Part shown: one piece after another, positions 4,266-7,514 of the stretch | Layout of the letters: each line of letters starts with the position of its first letter | Numbering within the stretch: the stretch's first letter is position 1 | DNA from: Candidatus Micrarchaeota archaeon | GTDB taxonomy: Archaea; Micrarchaeota; Micrarchaeia; Norongarragalinales; UBA8480 | NCBI GenBank assembly: GCA_043805855.1 | Contig: JAZDHP010000007.1 | Span: forward strand, 1 to 7,514 | Direction: 5' to 3' | Length of the DNA stretch: 7,514 nucleotides | Notes under the pieces: model-generated | Database searches by the model: none | Seen by the model: the letters and a program-made list of their open reading frames with translations, nothing else | What the model was told of the DNA's origin: nothing | Made by a program: the position numbers and the translations under genes

Positions 4266-6710
4266 TCAAAATTCACCTAGACTCTTTTGACTTGCGCTAA
4301 CTAGCGAGGGTTCCTTTTTGCGTTTCCCAAGCTTAAGCTGTTCCGGTAAGAGTAACTCGCCGTACTCTCCATCATAGCCGGGTTTGATTTTAATCGCGTT
4401 CTCGCGGTTTAACATAATTACACGCGCCATCTCGAGGCCGACTACTTCACGCAACTCACTCTCCGGCACGTCGAACACAATTCTAAACTCGTTGACAAAC
4501 TTCGCGATTAACTTGTTGAACATTTCCTGCACTTTCACAGCGTAAAGATTAGAGCCGAGAACAGACGCGATTAACTCAGCAAGCGGAAGTACAGTACGAA
4601 AAGGAATGGCGCCCTTGCGGCGGAACCCCTCGGGCCGGTCAGCTAGTTCAATAACGCGCTTTTCAACGCCAATTGTCATTTGCTTGCCACACCTGGGGCA
4701 AATCTCTTTCAACTTCTTCGCTTCAGCTGAAGAACAAGAGAAATTACAAAGGCGGTGGCCACTCCAGTGATACTTGCCATAACTAGGCGAAGTTTCAACA
4801 GTGAACAAGAATTTACTCGCATCGTTGGAGCGAATTGCATTAAATATTTTTTCAAACGAATTACAATCGTCGCTAAACGCGTTGCACTCGCGGCCAATAC
4901 GCCACGGGTGCGGCGAGTGCGGGTCAGAACCAGAAACAATTGCAAACTGGTCAAGCGAAGACACTTGCCAATTCATAGCTGGATCGCTACTCATTCCAGT
5001 TTCAATTCCAAGCACTTTTCCAGATTTATCTTCATACGCTTCTTGAACAGAATTATAACCACTTTTATCGCCGAGTACACCAAACCAAGGCGTCCAACAA
5101 TTATGTACAGTTGCAAATTCAGTTAAATAGGAATTGTCTTCATCTACTTCTAAATTATAGACTTTTCCAGCATACTTACGCGTTTCAATTTTGCGTACCG
5201 GGAGATAAACATAAGCATCGTCTATCCAACCATGCCGTACGTTAGTCTTAAAATTGAATTTACTAAATTCTAATTCAGACAATAAATTAAATTTATCCTC
5301 AAAAAAAGTAAGCGTATTGAAAACGAAATTATCACAAGTAGCGACAATTTGCCTTTTTCCAATAAAATGCTTGCCTCTTATGGCATGCGCTAAAGCTGAA
5401 TCTACTCGAATTCCAGGAACTATTCCTAATCGCAAACAAATGATTTTAATCTGATTAGCAAAAATCCGGGAGGACGTGCTGCCTTTATCTCCTCGCCACC
5501 AACCTCGAAGTATTTGTACTTGTTTATCTACCGGTAAATTTAGCATAAAAACTGGCAAACATTTTGAGAACGCCCGCTTCACTCCAGATTTATCATAAAA
5601 TAAGCTTTGAAATAGCGTCATAATTGATTTAGAATAGAAAACTAAATCACCTGCTGATTTCCCTTGCATAGGTTTTACATTAAAGATCTGTTGCATCAAC
5701 GTTTTTACGTCATTCATATACCCCGTTTCAGTAGGTGAAAAAGTAAATGAAATAGCGTCTCTATTATTACAATAGCCCTCTGCTAGATAATATCCTGCTA
5801 AGCGGCAAAAATCAGCATCTATCTTTAAAGAAAATGACGTGTTTTCGAGTTTAATATCGAGAATTTGAACATCTTGAGAGTTATTATTAAACCGCGGGTA
5901 AAGCAAAACATCTCCGATTTCAACAGAAGATAGTGGCGCCCAAGTTGGTTTGTACTGTTGAAAATATCCAGTGGTGCAACCTTTTAGGTGAGAAGGAGTT
6001 GGTTTGCAAATAGTGCGGGGGCTATGCCCACACTGCTTTACCGTTTTAATTAAATAAATAGGATGTTCTCCAGTTGCTGCAACGCCCAAAGAAAAATACC
6101 AAGGAATCACTTTATAGATTATACCCTTATAGTCGCGGCTAATAGTTTTAGTAACTTTTCTAAGCCTGCCTAAATGAGTATAGACTGAATCGCCTTCGCT
6201 AATATCTTCTATAGCTTTAAGCTCTGATACGCTCGAAATTGGAGTTCCGGGCAAAAGACAATGCGCTGCAACGATTTCAATATCCTTCGAAACATTTTTC
6301 ACAATTTCAACAAGCTCGACGCACGAAGTTTTGCCAAACATTGGCCTACCGTCAGAAGCTAAGCTCCCGCGCTTTGAAAAAACGTCGTTTAACTGCACGG
6401 CGACGTCAAGCGAAGGCGCGTGAAGCACATGGTGAACGCGTTTCATTGAGTCAAACGTGGCAACTTCAACTGTTAGCATAAACCGCGTCGACGTTTTTAT
6501 TGAAGTTAACTCGTACAGCCCAACGCCGCTTTCAACTTCACGCAACTTAGATTTAATTTCCTTGAACCACAGCGGGTGAGTAAAATCGCCGGTGCCAATA
6601 ATTGACAACCCTTTTGCCTGCGCACCTTGCGCTAGCCCCTCGAGCGTAGATTGCGGCGAACACGCGCGAGAGTACTTAGAGTGAATGTGAAAGTCGACAA
6701 AAGAAACCAT
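4266..6710 (-). CDS. endoQ: Endonuclease Q family (PHP-domain) DNA-repair nuclease precursor with intein; mature protein 427 aa
   Basis: Family motifs DFHIHSKYSRACS, KGLSIIGTGDFTHP, VHHVL, SDGRP, AH|CWTPWFG, ETGMSSDPAMNW, SDPHS..IGRE, YGKYH..GHRLC...CPRCG...GVEKRV..LADR (Zn ribbon) and PGYDGEYG. Removing aa 151-537 leaves 427 aa, the usual EndoQ size. Confidence 0.9.
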   Translation of the reverse strand: MVSFVDFHIHSKYSRACSPQSTLEGLAQGAQAKGLSIIGTGDFTHPLWFKEIKSKLREVESGVGLYELTSIKTSTRFMLTVEVATFDSMKRVHHVLHAPSLDVAVQLNDVFSKRGSLASDGRPMFGKTSCVELVEIVKNVSKDIEIVAAHCLLPGTPISSVSELKAIEDISEGDSVYTHLGRLRKVTKTISRDYKGIIYKVIPWYFSLGVAATGEHPIYLIKTVKQCGHSPRTICKPTPSHLKGCTTGYFQQYKPTWAPLSSVEIGDVLLYPRFNNNSQDVQILDIKLENTSFSLKIDADFCRLAGYYLAEGYCNNRDAISFTFSPTETGYMNDVKTLMQQIFNVKPMQGKSAGDLVFYSKSIMTLFQSLFYDKSGVKRAFSKCLPVFMLNLPVDKQVQILRGWWRGDKGSTSSRIFANQIKIICLRLGIVPGIRVDSALAHAIRGKHFIGKRQIVATCDNFVFNTLTFFEDKFNLLSELEFSKFNFKTNVRHGWIDDAYVYLPVRKIETRKYAGKVYNLEVDEDNSYLTEFATVHNCWTPWFGVLGDKSGYNSVQEAYEDKSGKVLGIETGMSSDPAMNWQVSSLDQFAIVSGSDPHSPHPWRIGRECNAFSDDCNSFEKIFNAIRSNDASKFLFTVETSPSYGKYHWSGHRLCNFSCSSAEAKKLKEICPRCGKQMTIGVEKRVIELADRPEGFRRKGAIPFRTVLPLAELIASVLGSNLYAVKVQEMFNKLIAKFVNEFRIVFDVPESELREVVGLEMARVIMLNRENAIKIKPGYDGEYGELLLPEQLKLGKRKKEPSLVSASQKSLGEF
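5100..6260 (-). mobile_element. Intein (387 aa, aa 151-537) with LAGLIDADG homing-endonuclease domain
   Basis: Block A C1-LLPGT, block B ATGEHPIY (TxxH), LAGLIDADG motifs LAGYYLAEG and LRGWWRGD, block H-like IKIICLRLGI, block F VYNLEV, block G TVHN followed by +1 Cys. Splicing restores AAH-CWTPWFG. Visibly more AT-rich than the exteins. Confidence 0.95.
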
Positions 6711-6715
6711 TGAAA

Positions 6716-6740
6716 TTTAACGAAGTTAAAAGTTTTAAAG
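6716..6740 (-). promoter_or_regulatory. Putative TATA box for endoQ overlapping the marC stop, followed by a 6-bp inverted repeat
   Basis: Minus-strand CTTTAAAA (6740-6733) ends 22 nt before ATG6710. TTTAAC-N3-GTTAAA (6716-6730) lies between the box and the start codon. Confidence 0.4.
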
Positions 6741-7334
6741 CGCGGCTTTTAACCCAGCTAATGCAAATTGAACTGCAACGGCGATTAACAGCAAACCCAT
6801 TATTCGCGAGAGCAACTCAGTTCCAGTTTCACCAATTACATTATTGATAATGTCAGAATAGCGGAGTATAGCCCAAGTTGTCACAAGCGCAAGCAACGCG
6901 GCAGCAGCAGTTATCCAAATTCCATACTGCCCGGACAAAATAATTGCAGTTGTAATTACTCCGGGCCCGCTTAACACTGGAGTGCCAATAATAAGCGCAG
7001 CTGGCGGCACTTTCTTGATTTTTTCCTTTTCTCTTGGAAACGATAAACCAAGCACTAGCTCAAGCCCCATTACCCCGAGGACAATTCCACCTGCAACTTG
7101 CATTGAACCAAAAGTAATCCCAAGCGCAGATAAAATAGATTGACCAAAAAACAAAAACACAAACAACAGCCCGCCGGCAATTGCAACGGCCTCAAGTGCA
7201 ATTAAATGTTTCTTCTTAACATTTTCCTTGCGCGTCAACGACAAAAATACAGGTAAACTTACAAACGGGTCCATAATGGCAAGTAGCGGAATAAACACGC
7301 GGATGAAAACTTCAACTAAACTCGCCTCGACCAT
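6735..7334 (-). CDS. marC: MarC family integral membrane protein (199 aa)
   Basis: About six hydrophobic segments with MarC signatures: LLAIMDPFVSLPVFLSLT, GQSILSALGIT..SMQVAGGIVL, P.LSGPG.ITTAI and SRIMGLLLIAVAVQF. Confidence 0.93.
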   Translation of the reverse strand: MVEASLVEVFIRVFIPLLAIMDPFVSLPVFLSLTRKENVKKKHLIALEAVAIAGGLLFVFLFFGQSILSALGITFGSMQVAGGIVLGVMGLELVLGLSFPREKEKIKKVPPAALIIGTPVLSGPGVITTAIILSGQYGIWITAAAALLALVTTWAILRYSDIINNVIGETGTELLSRIMGLLLIAVAVQFALAGLKAAL

Positions 7335-7374
7335 ACTAAGTAAAAAACCCTCGAAGTATAAAAAAGTACGACCA
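7335..7374. promoter_or_regulatory. Compact divergent promoter region between marC and the small membrane ORF
   Basis: 40-nt gap. The minus strand has TTTTTTATA (7365-7357) about 22-30 nt before the marC ATG. No SD on either strand. Confidence 0.5.
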
Positions 7375-7514
7375 ATGGCAAAAACTAACTACGAAAAAGA
7401 AAAACTAGACAATCTAGAAAAAGAACTGCACAACGTCAAGCAAATCAACTACTTGAACTTAACGATTTTGCTAATTTTACTCGCATTTGTAATTGGAATA
7501 GTTTTAAAACAACT
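7375..7514 (+). CDS. Small putative membrane protein (3'-truncated): charged helical N-terminus followed by one TM segment
   Basis: Not in the ORF track. ATG7375 opens MAKTNYEKEKLDNLEKELHNVKQINYLNLTILLILLAFVIGIVLKQ with no stop before the window end. It is divergent from marC across a 40-nt gap. Confidence 0.6.
   Translation, partial: MAKTNYEKEKLDNLEKELHNVKQINYLNLTILLILLAFVIGIVLKQ

Noticed and set aside
4709..6481. ORFs 4709-4954 (-), 4755-5126, 4801-5046, 5254-5454 and 6239-6481 (+)
   Set aside because: They lie wholly inside the well-supported endoQ/intein gene in other frames and have no motifs or start signals.
4266..6710. UvrD/REP helicase call for the 814-aa ORF
   Set aside because: This PHP domain is sometimes fused to UvrD, but no Walker A or helicase motifs are present. 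The intein explains the extra length.
1..7514. CRISPR array, tRNA/rRNA, IS element or integrase
   Set aside because: All intergenic gaps are 53 nt or less, and I saw no spaced repeats, RNA-gene signatures, transposase motifs or terminal inverted repeats.

Overview
The window has two convergent blocks. On the + strand (<2..3605) is a tandem array of at least four paralogous, very basic ~300-320 aa proteins; the first is cut by the window edge. Each has an N-terminal winged-HTH-like segment fused to a compact sigma-70-like module: region 2, an RpoD-type region 3.2 motif in copies 3 and 4, and a region-4 HTH, with regions 3.0/3.1 apparently missing. On the - strand are marC, an endonuclease Q (PHP-domain) gene interrupted by a 387-aa LAGLIDADG intein, and a lone JAB/MPN (JAMM-motif) protein. 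A small divergent membrane-protein ORF starts at the right edge. TATA-like boxes about 22-35 nt before the start codons, one GGTGA ribosome-binding site and no AGGAGG sites point to an archaeal host, possibly DPANN-like; this is inference because no marker gene is present. The main lead is an expanded, diversified family of bacterial-type sigma-factor homologues in what looks like an archaeal genome, whose RNA polymerase does not use sigma factors. All assignments come from motif reading by eye; no database search was run.
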